In this document: positions 12,575 through 24,398 of the stretch, piece by piece
Layout: every line of letters starts with the position of its first letter
How positions within the stretch are numbered: position 1 is the stretch's first letter
From: Amoebophrya sp. A120
Taxonomy: Eukaryota > Protista > Dinoflagellata
Reading direction: 5' to 3'
NCBI GenBank assembly: GCA_905178155.1
Contig: CAJINV010000018.1
Coordinates: forward strand, 786,609 to 850,608
Length of the DNA stretch: 64,000 nucleotides
Notes under the pieces: model-generated
Databases searched by the model: none
The model's input: only the letters and a program-made list of their open reading frames with translations
What the model was told of the DNA's origin: nothing
Made by a program: the position numbers and the translations under genes

Positions 12575-13555
12575 TTATTTAACGAAAGTGTCTTCGACAA
12601 CTGTAAATGAAAATGTGATTCGGATCGCCAAATTGGGGCTTTGTAATTGTTTCGTCGCATACTGCTGGGGGCTGAAAGTATCAAGCCACGTGTTCGTCTT
12701 GTCCTCCGCCACGCACACTGCCTTGTGCGCTGCTTCCTCGGGCTGCAGAAAACGTTTCAGCGGCACATAATTTGCAAACGCTTGCCAGACATTCAAGGTT
12801 TTGGGCATCGGAACCTTCTCGTGCGGTGCCACGTACTCCAAAAAATCTTGTATTCCGCCTGCCCCCCACCAGGTGATGCCTCGAATGGTATTCGTCGCAC
12901 TTTGCGACCAGAAAAATTCGGGAACAAAAGACGTTCCGCCACGGTGCACGACCTTTTCCATTACAACCGACCGATGAACTCGGGCGAAGACTTTCATGTA
13001 CGGAAGGCACTCTATCATAGTCCGCTTGTTGCTGCGAACCATGCCGTCGGGCGAAATCTCCGCGTCCGTCAGTTCCATTGAGTCGTAACCGACGAGCTTT
13101 CCTCCCTCCGCGATCGGCTTGACTCGTGTGAGCGAAACGCGGCGCCAGCCGATGAACGTGGGAACTTCATCGGTCTGAGGAGACGAAGAGATGGTCGCGA
13201 TGACGTGACGCTTGACGTCCTCCACACTGATCTTCATAGGGGCGGAATCCACCCCGGAGGAGTCATCTAGTACTGGCGAAGATGCACTACTGCAGGGCGT
13301 CCTAATTTCGCGCGTACGAGACCATTTTAAGTCTTTTGGGTTCCACGAGTACAGCTGAACCGGTAAATAACTACTGGCACTAGCCCCCGCTCCTGCACCA
13401 GCATGTTGCGAGGAAGTAGAGCTCGCGGACAGAAACTTCCCGTGCACGACGCCCACGTGGCCGGCCAAACTGCAGGTTGCGAGAAAATACGCGCTCGCCC
13501 GCCCCCCGGAGACCAGGCGGATAGGGGAGGAGTTGTGTTTTTGCAGAGCAGACAT
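12575..13555 (-). CDS. Hypothetical protein
   Basis: Uninterrupted ORF of about 326 aa on the gene-bearing strand. Confidence 0.55.
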   Translation of the reverse strand: MSALQKHNSSPIRLVSGGRASAYFLATCSLAGHVGVVHGKFLSASSTSSQHAGAGAGASASSYLPVQLYSWNPKDLKWSRTREIRTPCSSASSPVLDDSSGVDSAPMKISVEDVKRHVIATISSSPQTDEVPTFIGWRRVSLTRVKPIAEGGKLVGYDSMELTDAEISPDGMVRSNKRTMIECLPYMKVFARVHRSVVMEKVVHRGGTSFVPEFFWSQSATNTIRGITWWGAGGIQDFLEYVAPHEKVPMPKTLNVWQAFANYVPLKRFLQPEEAAHKAVCVAEDKTNTWLDTFSPQQYATKQLQSPNLAIRITFSFTVVEDTFVK

Positions 13556-13648
13556 CTTCGTCGAAACCTCGAACTCAAAGAGAAGGAAGTTCTTCAAGTA
13601 CTGCGCTGTTGCAAGAACACGACCCGGCTCTGTGTACTATGAACGTGC

Positions 13649-14993
13649 AAAATGCAAAACCGGACAACCTAAATAGAGAAGTTTTTTTGCTGTTTGGGCA
13701 AAAAAGCTTTTCATTTTCTGCCGTATTTGCTCTCGCCGGGTGCCCCTTCTCCGCGCGATATTGGATCGAGTTGCGCGTGTTAGGTTGCGCAAAAACAAGA
13801 CTGATTGTCGTGCTAGAGGTGGTCGCAGGCCTTGCGCAGTGCCACAGCTGGCGCGATCCTGCAGCGCGCGTCTGCGTGTGGTGCGGGAACTTAAAGACGC
13901 AACTCGCTGGGCGGTTGGGATGACGCATCTCACTCCTGGCGCGCCAGCTGTGCCTCTCAAGCAAGTCAAGCGTGACGGCCGCTGCAGTTGCATCAACCTC
14001 CTGATCTGGTCTTCGAAGCGCCCTTTCGCAGAGACCGACCAGCCCAATCTACCGCAAAGCGACTCCAGCGAGCTCCCTTGCGGAGTTGCTCCGTGGGTTG
14101 CCGGGGAAATGTCCCGAGCTATTCTCGGACGCGAGCCAGAGTCCATCCACATGCGGAAAAGGGTTAATCCTGGCCCGGGGTTCGCACATTCCGGAGCTTG
14201 CCCGACACGATGTAGCTGAGGTCTCACCTCTCCCTTCCCCGTTCGCCGAATGCCGCTCAATGAGAAGAATCTCCTCATTTTGGCGATTTTTTTGCCGGAT
14301 TTTGCCAAAACTTCGCCAAAATCCGGGTTTTTGGCGAAGTTTTGGCAAAATCCGGCAAAAAAATCCCCAAAGTCAGAAGTTTCTTCTCATCGAGCGGACT
14401 TCTGCGAAGAAGGAAAGGAGGCGAGAAATGTCGGCTCCAATGTGTCGCGCAAGCTCCGTGATCGGCGTGGGCCCCTGTCCAGGATAAGCGTCTTCCCACA
14501 TGTGGACGCGACCTGTATTGCGTCCGGAGATGATCCTGGACACTATCAAGGAGCAGTTTCGCGCTGGTGCTTTCTGGAGTTGTTTTGCGGCAGACTGGGC
14601 GGCGCGGTCTCTGCGCAGAGGATTTTCGAGTGTTAGCAAACGCTGGCGCGCCTCCAGCTGCCAGCTCCTTGAGAAACACACTTGGCGCGCCTCGGCGGAG
14701 GTGTGTCACCTCAACCGCCCAAGCAGTTGCGTCGTTATATAGGTTCGCACGCCACCTGTTGAGACACCTTCTAGGAGCGCTTCATCTGCAGCACCGCGCA
14801 AAGCCAAAGCCTGCGACAACCTAGATAGAGCGCGGCAGCCAGATTCGTTTTTGGTGGCCTCAATACGTTCCCAGCACTCAATATTGCACGGCGAAGGGGC
14901 AGCTGGCGAGAGCAAATACGGCTGAAAGTGAAAAGCTTTTTTGCCCAAACAGCGAAAAAACTTCTCTGTTTAGGTTGTCCGGTTTTGCATTTT
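13649..14993. mobile_element. Foldback (whole-length palindromic) element
   Basis: About 90-bp near-perfect TIRs (AAAATGCAAAACCGGACAACCTAAA..), perfect 34-bp central stem 14288-14321/14329-14362, diverged but alignable arms; about 40-bp flanking direct repeat. Confidence 0.85.
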
Positions 14994-15036
14994 CAAGTAC
15001 TGCGCTGTTGCAAGAACACCCGGCTCTGTGTACAAC

Positions 15037-15336
15037 TATCAATTACAATTTTGTATTGGCGACAACACCCCTGCTACTTCTGCTCGCAAAAAGTTGTTGG
15101 CGACAACACCCCTGTCTTCACAAAAAGTTGTTGCGCCCTACTGGTGCAGTTTGATAGATATAGATATAGATTACAGTATAAAGATCGATTGCGATCGGAA
15201 GTTTTGCTTGACAGATATAGATATGATAGATAAGATTGATAGGTCGTTGTTCGCGTTGTTATCAAAAGTTAACTTTTTTCGTCGAGGTGTCGCTTATTGT
15301 CAGCTGAAAATCGGGTCGTGGAGGTTGATACTGATA
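15037..15336. repeat. Short repeat cluster, possible MITE remnant
   Basis: ttggcgacaacacccctg x2, caaaaagttgttg x2, GATATA/GATA microsatellite. Confidence 0.45.
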
Positions 15337-15962
15337 CAAAGACCAGAGACACAGGTCTATCCTACTACTGAAGTTTGTCTGTGAAGTGGAGTGGAGTTTG
15401 TCTGTGAAGACAAGAAACCAGCAAGCAGGAGAAAGCAACTAGCCCTAGTGCCTGTGTGTTGTAGAGCAGACCTCGAGAAGTTGAAGTAGAGAGCGAAATA
15501 ATCAAAAAACTTTAGTTGGCCTTTAATCAAGTCGCATTATGGTCCTTCAATGTAGAGAAATATCGCGAGGACGCCGCGCTTATTCTACAACTTGCACATC
15601 TACTCGTGAGGATGCGGCTGCAATTAACCGATTTCCCAGCTGGAAGATGTTATTCCGATGCGCGAACTTTTACCGATCGCACTGCTTTTCATCCGATCTT
15701 CCAATCGACATTTTTCATTTTGGATCACAGATTTCTTTTCACTTTCCGCGACAGAAGATTCCAAAAGGATGCGAGGTGTTCTGCATTTTATTTTCTCTAC
15801 AGGGATAGTAAATGGGTTTGAAATTATGTCGTAGTAGCAGAGAGCAGAGAGCAGGGATAGTAAATACTAACTTCCAGCACAGGGACCGATTACCACCCTG
15901 AATCCATTGCACTTAAACTTTAGAAGATTCTTTCATCTACCGATTATTTTATTCAATGCGGT

Positions 15963-18900
15963 TCAGTCACAGGTGGTGAGATGTTTACCGACAGGGTCAC
16001 ATTCATCACTCAATGTGGTACTAACTTGGTGGAATTCATCTTTTGCACAAAGAAGCGCTAGTAGCGGTTCGCAGCCGATTTGGGCGTTTTCCTTTCGAAA
16101 AGCACCAGCCCTACTCGCGCGAGTGAGAAGCGTGTCAGTCTGTATAAAGTGTAAACGCATGCAATTTTTCATAATTCCATCACACTTGAGCTCAAAACTG
16201 CCTTCGCGATTCCATCGGCGTCGAGCTCTACCTATGAATTGCAAAAGTATCGTACTCGTATAAGTGCATTACAAATTTCCTCGGCATGAGAGGTAAAATT
16301 TGTAATTAGTAATGCGGATTTTCGTTCAGAAAAAAATTTGTAATGCATGACTGCAATACGAGTACGATACTTTTGCACAGGATACTACCCGGCCTTTCCG
16401 TACCAACCCGAAATTTGCCGTCATCGACTCCAGAGTCTGCTATGCATTGCAAAAATATCGTGCTTGTGTGGTCGTACTAATCGCAATCACGCATGACAAA
16501 AGTATTTCTTTACCCTATCCAGCATGACAACTTCCATTTTTTACTTAAGTATTTTGTTGGTGCAATTTGCGATGCGATTTCTACCAGGAGTACCATCCAC
16601 GATACGGCTTCTGCAATGCATATCTGCTTGCTGTACGCAATCTCCTCCGGCACCGAGTGCTGGCAGTAGTGGTGCACGTCGGCAACCCGCGCGAGTCCCC
16701 CGTAGATCGCGAGGAGATTGCGGTCCCAGTTGTTTTGTCGCTGGCACAAGCCCTGGACCGTCGCCACGGGTTGCTGCGGCAGAATCTCGATCACCGCAGA
16801 ACTTTGCCAGTACGGCCGCAGAAACGTCGTCCAGGCGAGCCCGGCGCCGTGGGACCCGATGAAAAAACTGCTGGCTTGCACCGTGGTTAGTTGCTGTGTC
16901 ATGGTCTTGTCTTCAAAGTGCCCGTGGAAGCCGACGGCATGATCTTTCAGTTTATCTTATGAAGAAGAAAAATCTCCTCTCCCCATATCAAAACGCAAGT
17001 CTGTGACGCAGATTTGTGGTCACAAAGTAGCTCTGTCATGCTAGGAGGGAAAAGGTGCGGACTGTAGTGCTAGGTGGCGTGGGAAAGCCTCGCATCTTCA
17101 GCATAACAGGAGACAGCTGGAAGTGGGAAACAGCATGACAAATTGCCTGCAATTCAGGCAAGAACTGCGTCACTTGGCTTTCTAGCAATACAACTCGATT
17201 CGTGCACGCAAATACAGCATCACAAGTTTCATATTCGATATGGGGAGGCGGGATTTTTTCTTTTGATATTTCTTTCAAATCCGCCCACTGCCTCTCAAAC
17301 TGCTCCTTTTCGAAGTTCCGCCCGCTGTCCTATGCATTGCAAAAGTATCGTACTAAGTAAATATACATAACTCGCGTTACAAATTTGCTCAGCATGATCA
17401 GCAATGGAATTTGTCATGCTCCTTCACCTTGAGCAGAAGATTTGTCAAGCCTAACTGCAATTAGTACGACGAGTGCGATACTTTTGCACAGGATATGTCC
17501 CCACGAAAGTTGTTTTTGTTCTCGGTTTCGTTCAGATGCTTGATCTTCCTCTGCAGGATGAAATAGGACAACCGCCTGCGGTAGTTGGTCTCCGGACCTG
17601 CGAAAAATAGCCCGGGACGGGACCCGTACCACAGCTGATACAGCAAACTCGGGGACCGGCTTCGGCTATCTTCTGATGAAGATGACGCTCTACTTGCTAA
17701 AGCCTTGTCAAGATGAACGTCGCTCCTCGTTTTCGCTCCATCTCTCTTCATCGTCGTCGTCCTCGTGGCACGACCACGCAGCAAAGCTGACGTGATCACG
17801 AGTCTTGCTGTGCTGAGTTGCAGGGTCGACCTAACAGCGTGCCGGAGGGAATGGACCTGGATTTTCTCGTGCTGTCCGATGAAAGCGTGCTTGAAACAGC
17901 CCGAAAAACGACGCTCGTACGGCAACGGCGAGGAATAAAGATGGTTGTCTTGTTGCTCGACGACTTTGCCGTCGTGGTTTTTGTGATGATCATAATCCCG
18001 CACTGCTGAACCGTGCAGAACCAGTGTTTTTGCGGTCGAAGGGTCCGCCGCAAGTTTTTGAACGAACTCTGCGACAATAGCCTCCTTGTCTAGGGTCTCT
18101 GACTGAAGATCCGGTGGGATGTGACTATGATCTTCTCTGGAGGTGAAGAAGGTGTTGCTCTCGTCCTCGGGAGTAGCAGGTGGCTCAGTTATAATATCAT
18201 GCCGCGAAGTTGAAGTACTAGCTGAGCCGTCTGTTGTTGCGTCGCCCTTATGAAGATTTTTTCCCCCGCGGCCTAATGAGCTCAACACCAGACTCTGGGG
18301 ACTGTTCCGTACCATGTCTCGCAGCAGCAGCTTGGCCCAATTAGCTTCCCGCCACGACCACTCGGCTTTCCGCTTGGTTTTTTTTTCCTCTTCATTTTCA
18401 AAAAACAAGCTTTTTCTCTCCCCCGGCTGTTCGTTGCAGTGCCGCGCGAAGACCGCGACGTGGTCGAAGCTGTAGAGTAAAATCACGTTCACCGCGAGCA
18501 AATCGAGGAAGTCCAAATATTCCGCCCGCCACCGGTGCCACACGGCGGGCTCCGGCCCCGGGAAACACCCGTCCGCGGTGCCGCCCGACACCCAGATGAA
18601 GAGATATATACAAGAACACAACTGTGTCAGTGTAACTTTGTCTTGCAGACGTTGCAGTACAGTTACACTTGTCATGCCGGACATGCATCAGAGGCTTTTG
18701 AATAACGTGTTTATTTCGCGTACTAGCTACGCATGATATTAGGTCTTCTGCCATGCAAAACAAATCTGTGATGCTGTTCCTGCAGAAAAGTTACACTTAC
18801 ACAGTTTTTTTCTTGGATAAGATACTGCAGCTTTTCGAAGCCGATCCGGATCGGCGCGTCTGACAAGATTTGGGTGAAAAAAAGGAAAAAATGGCTCATG

Positions 18901-21900
18901 TTCAGCTCCACCATCGGCACAGACACGATCCACGTCGACTTTTGCAGCACGCGCGGCTGTCTCGCTTGGTCGTACGCATGGAAATTGATATCGCGGCGGC
19001 GCTTCTTTTTCATCATCCCAGGAAGAGATTTTTGCAGCTCCTCTTTTGATCGGGCTTTTCCATTTGGTCCCTCGTTTATTTCCGCCGCTTTTGCTTTACT
19101 TTCCAATCTTTCCAATTCCGTAGCAAATCGGTGTTTCAATTTTGACAGTGGCGTCGCTGTTCTTGGGCGGTTTTGTCGGTCCTGCGCCTGCTGCGCGGTA
19201 CTAGCACTTTCACCTGTAGAAGTGGATGCGGAGCCACTCGGTTGTGCAACAAAGCCGAATCTGGCTTTCAGCGCTAGGTCCGCATCATCATGCTCGAATT
19301 CCTCCAAGTCCACCGCTCCTCCTTCGACATCCGCTTGATCGTCTGAAATTTTCTTCTGCTCTTCTTCTCCACCAGATGACAACTTCAACATCGGCGCTGG
19401 GCTGGTGTTTTCCGACGATTTGTGCAGCACGTTCCGCGTGTTCGCCCACAGCGTGTGCCGGCCCCACTCGTTGCACAGGTGCGACACCTTCAGCTGTCGC
19501 CGTATATCAACTGCAAATATGTCTGGGTCTGGAAACATGTAATGCATGTCAGGGAACAATGAGCACACAGCAATGCGCTGCCACGCATGACAAATTTTTC
19601 CGTGCTTCTGAGTTGCCACGGATTCCGCATTACAAACTGCGTTTTGCATGACAGGCAACGGAGGTCTTTGCGGCCACGCAATACAGAGCCCAAAGTCATG
19701 CCAGACTAGCATGACAAATCTCGCACTCTCCCAGACCCAGACATATTTGCATGTGATACCGTATCTGGTTCCGCAAAAAGAGCCCGTGCGCGTGGTCGCC
19801 CCAGGCGCGGTCCTGTTCCAGGTACTTCGTGCCGTCAGGCTGTTCCTTTTCAACATCGTCCTCAGATGTGGACGACGAGGAGGTCCCTCCTTCTACTTCT
19901 GAACTACGGTGCAGCGGCTGTTGCTCTTCTGCAGCTCCTTGTTCTTCACCAGCATGATCTACTTCACTCCCGCCCGGGGACATCTTCAATACAGCTTTCC
20001 CCCCCGAGCTGTCTACCTGCACGCCGGCGGCGCTCATGTATCCACAGAAAAAAACCCATCCACATCCATTTTTTGCATGACAGACACAGGATTTTATGTA
20101 TGTTTTGCATGACAAATTGGATGTGAATGAGTGTTTTTTCCTGGATATCATGCCGGTGCTTTCCAAAGCCTGCTCCGCGATCAGGATTCCCTTTTTCGGA
20201 TCCTCGTCGATTGCCAGGTTGGTGTCGTTTTTTTGGTTGGGAAACCGCTTTTCGTCCCACCCTTGTTCGCCCCACACCCGCGTGTCCATCTGGCGCGACC
20301 GGAAATCCAGCACCGTGTTGTTCGCGATGCAGATTCCTACGTTCTGCACCTTGTGCACGCGGCACCCCGTGTGAATCAGGTCGATCGGGATGGGAAAATA
20401 GGTTTTCGTGAATTCCAGCGATTTTTGCATCGAGCAGTGCTTCTGGTCCTCCTGCAGCGCGAGCCGGGTTTGGTCAATGATTTGTTTCTTGCTCGAGCTC
20501 GTCCCTCCTACGGCATAATTTGGGTCGTGGTTCGACGCTTTTGCGGTGGACGTGGTCGCGGGTGGTGCGGATGGAATGCTTGATGTCGTAAGAATTTGCG
20601 ACAAATCGTCGAAACGATCCTCGTCAGCAAGATGGCCGTCGGGCTCTTCCGCTCCCATAAATGACGGCGCACCTTCTTCTTCCTCATCCACAGCGGAGCT
20701 TGTAGCTGCAAGTATGTTGGCACCTCCTGATGTAGGAGCGGCACTACTGGGTGGACTAGCACTCGTTTCAACGTGGTCCGCAGGTGGTTCATTTCCCTCT
20801 TGGTGTTGCGCACCACCAGCGATGAAATTCAAATTCTTGTTTCCCTGATTGTAGTTGTACGCTTCCTCCACCATTCCCTGCGTCACCTGTTTTCGTCTGG
20901 CGGTCCCCGACGTTATCGTTTGGAGCTCTCCGACAGTTTTCTCGATATGGGGTTCTCAAACGTTACACTCTCAACTGTTACAATGAATTTGTCATGCAAA
21001 ATTCCAATTACATGTCTACATGCTCAAGCTTCTTGGCATGACAAGTTCTCGACGCACCACTGGATAGCATAATTACAATCTGCGCCAAACTTGTAATGCA
21101 AGAGGCGCAATCTTCCGCCTTGCATTTTTGCCAGTCTTGCATTACACATTCATGTAACAGTTGAGAGTGTAACGTTGGCCAACTCCTCCATACTCGAACA
21201 TGCCCCGGTACATGAAGTTGTAAATGTTCCCGGGCCGGCCGTCCCCAAACGCGCCCGTGTTTTGGTTGGCAGTGGTAACCTGCGTGGACAGCTGCTTGCA
21301 GTTCTCGATGGTGTCGGAAATTTCCCTTTTCAACTCTGCTGGCGGGGGTCGCGTAGAGGTAGTAGTGGTCGACCTGTTCGATGTATCTCCGCTTCCTGTG
21401 CTGTGATGTGCATTTTGGACAATCGCGATCGCCTCTTGGGTCTCTGCGTCCGGCTCGGGCTCTACCAAATCGTTGTACAAAGCCATGAGGTCTGCAGGCT
21501 CCGCTGGCAACACGAGCATATCCTGGTAGGTTGTCAGAGTCTTCACCTCAGAAGTAGGAGGCGTAGAAAGGACGACTCCACCAGTTTTTGCACTAGCAGT
21601 GGTTGGCTGCGAAGATGTTGACGCATTAGCAATATTCTGCTCCTCGTCCGCGGCAGCAGTCTCGTCCCCTTCCGCTGGAGTTGTTCCAGTACTTCCCGCT
21701 CCGAAAACTCCGACCGCTTTCATTTCCTTGCCCGCTAGCTCGTAAATGTTCTTCATCAGCTGGACGAAGGTCAGATGCGTGAAAGGCCAATCGGACAGGT
21801 CGCACTGGTACGCGAGAGAGATCATCACGTTTAAATGCAGGAATTCCAGCGCGTAGGCGAACTTTTCGTCCAAAATGCATGCCATCGCCGACATCAGATT

Positions 21901-23657
21901 TACCGCCTGCTCGCCGGGTATCCTGTGCAAAAGTATCGCACTCGTATAAATGCAGCTCTTGCATCACAAATATTTTGCTTAAGGTAAATCTTCAGCATGA
22001 CAAATTTTATTTCTCATGCTGAGAGAATTTGTAATGCTAATGCATTTATACGAGTACGATGCTTTTGCAGTTCATACCGGGCGCGCAGCGAAAGGTGTGG
22101 AAGTAGTCCGTGTGAAAGATTTGGTCGCGCACCATTTCCATAAACTGCCAGGTCGCGTATCCTGATTAAAAACGTCCCCACACCAGAGTCAAGTCAAGAT
22201 GGGAAATCTGCTAGGCAAATCATACAGCTTTGGTTGTTTGGCGTGACAAGTTTGTCCTCGTAGTGTAATCCTGTTTAGCTAGCTCAGAAGCATCACAGAT
22301 CTAGCACAGCATGCTGATCCCAGCATTACAAATCCCAAAGCACGAAAGGAAAATGCTTCTCATAGGGCACCGCATGAGAAACCTTTTTGGCATGCAGAAT
22401 TGCATGACAACTCCGGGGTGGGAATGTTTTTACACGGGATATCGCGCACCCCTGCGTCATCAAATGCCGGTACTGCCAGGACGTCGATGCGTTCGACAGT
22501 TGGTTCTTCAAACCGTCGAAAGATCGGAAGTCGAAGCCTTTGAGGATCTGCAGAATCGCCATGAAGTAGTCGTAGCTATGAGAGTGCACAACTCCCCCTC
22601 GTCCTCCCCCTCATTTGTCATGCAAAACCGCAAATCCATTTGATGCCCTTTGGCACTGTTTGCATGACAAATTTCGGAAGGCCAAACAGTACTACCTTCG
22701 GCCGGTGAACTTGTGATGCACAGGACCCAGGAGTGCTGGCGTTTGTATTGCTGTTTATGCCATACAAATGAGGGGAAGGGGGTGGAGGTGTTGTGCACTC
22801 TCATAGTAGCCCTTACCGATGCAAGAACAGGAATCGAACGGGACAAAACCCGCATTGTCGTGGACCACCTTATCCTGTGCAAAAGTATCGCACTCAGTAA
22901 TCGCAATTATGCATGACAAATCTCTGTCTCAAGGTAAATCAGCATGAGAAATTCCATTTGTCATGCTTAGCAAGAAATTTGTATTGCGGTTACTACTAGT
23001 ACGATACTTTTGCATTTCATACAGCTCGTAGGACACCAGTTTGAAGGCTTTTTGAAGCTCGCCGGTGAGGCTGGTGGTCGCCTCGTGGTCATTATCTTCA
23101 ACTTCAACAGTTGAAGATGCGCCGCCGTTGCTTACAACACTTCTTCCGCCTGCATCTTGTGGTTCACTTGATGAGCGGCCGCCTAGCATCGTCTGGGACT
23201 GCGTCTTTCCAACGAGGTCACCATTCGTCGTGCTCGTGGTGCCGATTTTTAGCGGAAACGTGGGTACCACGGCCGCCAGCAGCTCCAACGACTGCAACAC
23301 CATGTTCCGCAGCTGATCCGCCCTCTGGATCACCGCCCCGGCGCCCTCCCGCAATGCCCACCCGAGCGACGGTCGCTCCACGCTCAACCGCTTCTCTACC
23401 GTAACCACCGTCGGCTTGCAGCAGAACGTCAACCATTCCGGCTGCCCTTGGAAACAGAAGTCGATGGCATCCGGATGGCCGTGGCAGCAGCGGGCGGTGG
23501 ACCATTCGCTCTGGTCTTCGTACTTGTCAAAACAGTCGTACTTGTGGTCGCGGGGCGATTGCTCAGGGGTCTGGGCGCGGGGGAGCAGCAAAATGTTGAC
23601 GTCGTGCAAATAACAAGAATGCCAAAAGGAGGCTATCCTCGCGAGCGATTTCATCAT
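15963..23657 (-). CDS. Large protein with C-terminal glycosyltransferase family 61-like domain and N-terminal Cys-rich module, about 13 exons
   Basis: QQLTTVQASSFFIGSHGAGLAWTTFLRP..AVIEILP; 12 introners separate long ORFs; a single gene is assumed and not every junction was checked. Confidence 0.7.
16233..16384. mobile_element. Introner family A
   Basis: DR ctacc. Confidence 0.9.
16441..16622. mobile_element. Introner family A (diverged)
   Basis: DR tctgc. Confidence 0.85.
16958..17268. mobile_element. Introner family H
   Basis: DR tatct/tttct. Confidence 0.8.
17331..17495. mobile_element. Introner family A
   Basis: DR tgtcc. Confidence 0.9.
18607..18819. mobile_element. Introner family G (TIR core CAAGAAAAAAACTGTGT)
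   Basis: DR agata. Confidence 0.9.
19505..19758. mobile_element. Introner family B
   Basis: DR ccgta. Confidence 0.9.
20039..20147. mobile_element. Introner family F (about 110 bp, CCCATCC core)
   Basis: DR tcatg. Confidence 0.9.
20946..21192. mobile_element. Introner family D
   Basis: DR ctcga. Confidence 0.9.
21919..22076. mobile_element. Introner family A
   Basis: DR ccggg. Confidence 0.9.
22158..22441. mobile_element. Introner family C (TIR core TAAAAACGTCCCCAC)
   Basis: DR tcgcg. Confidence 0.9.
22577..22805. mobile_element. Introner family J (TIR TATGAGAGTGCACAAC)
   Basis: Perfect 16-bp TIR; DR gtagc. Confidence 0.9.
22871..23021. mobile_element. Introner family A
   Basis: DR cacct/cagct. 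Confidence 0.85.
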
Positions 23658-24398
23658 GATTTTCTTGAGTAAGCGGATTGGGACCGCAGCGTTGGTTTTT
23701 AACTTGACTTCGACCTCGTAAAGATCTACTTAAAGGAACCATAATTCAAGTGGATAATGCCACGTCACGGCGGATGGTTTTGACAGCATGGACCGCCCGT
23801 CCGCAGCGGAAGCAAAACGAAAACACACGAAACTTTTCAGCCAACGAAGTGAAACCGCCACGATTGCGGTAGAGCTTTCACCAGAGAAAAAAACAGCTCA
23901 TAATCCAGATCCAAAACAATAATGATGATCTAGCACCACTCCTCCTGTAACTACACGACCACCAGAAATTGCAATGATCGCAGCTGCAGGATCAATAAAG
24001 CGTGCAGAGTCATCTCGGTACTGGTACTCCATTGTCAAAAACCGAAAAAAAAAACAAGATCTTCATTAGCCAAAAGCGAATTTAGCTTTGTCCACCTCTG
24101 TTGCGATCTTCTCAAAATCTACGACACCTGTTACGAGACCTTCATCAACGACAGAAAGATGATCTCCACGAAGCATCAAACTTCACCCATGCACAGGGAG
24201 AAACAAGAAACAAGACGACTTGCAGTTTCACGGGAGAAGTTTGTTCTGCAAGACGACATCAATTGCGATGAACGTCTGAAAATTATACCAGAACAACTTT
24301 TTTAACACGACCCTCGCAGGAACATCAGCCACTTCTACTTTCTCGAGCTCGCGCTTGATGACCCCGCTTTATGTTGTCGTCGCCCAAGCACTTTTTCG

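Noticed and set aside
13637-14709. ORFs within the foldback as a transposase
   Set aside because: Frames are not conserved between the two arms and no catalytic motif is recognisable
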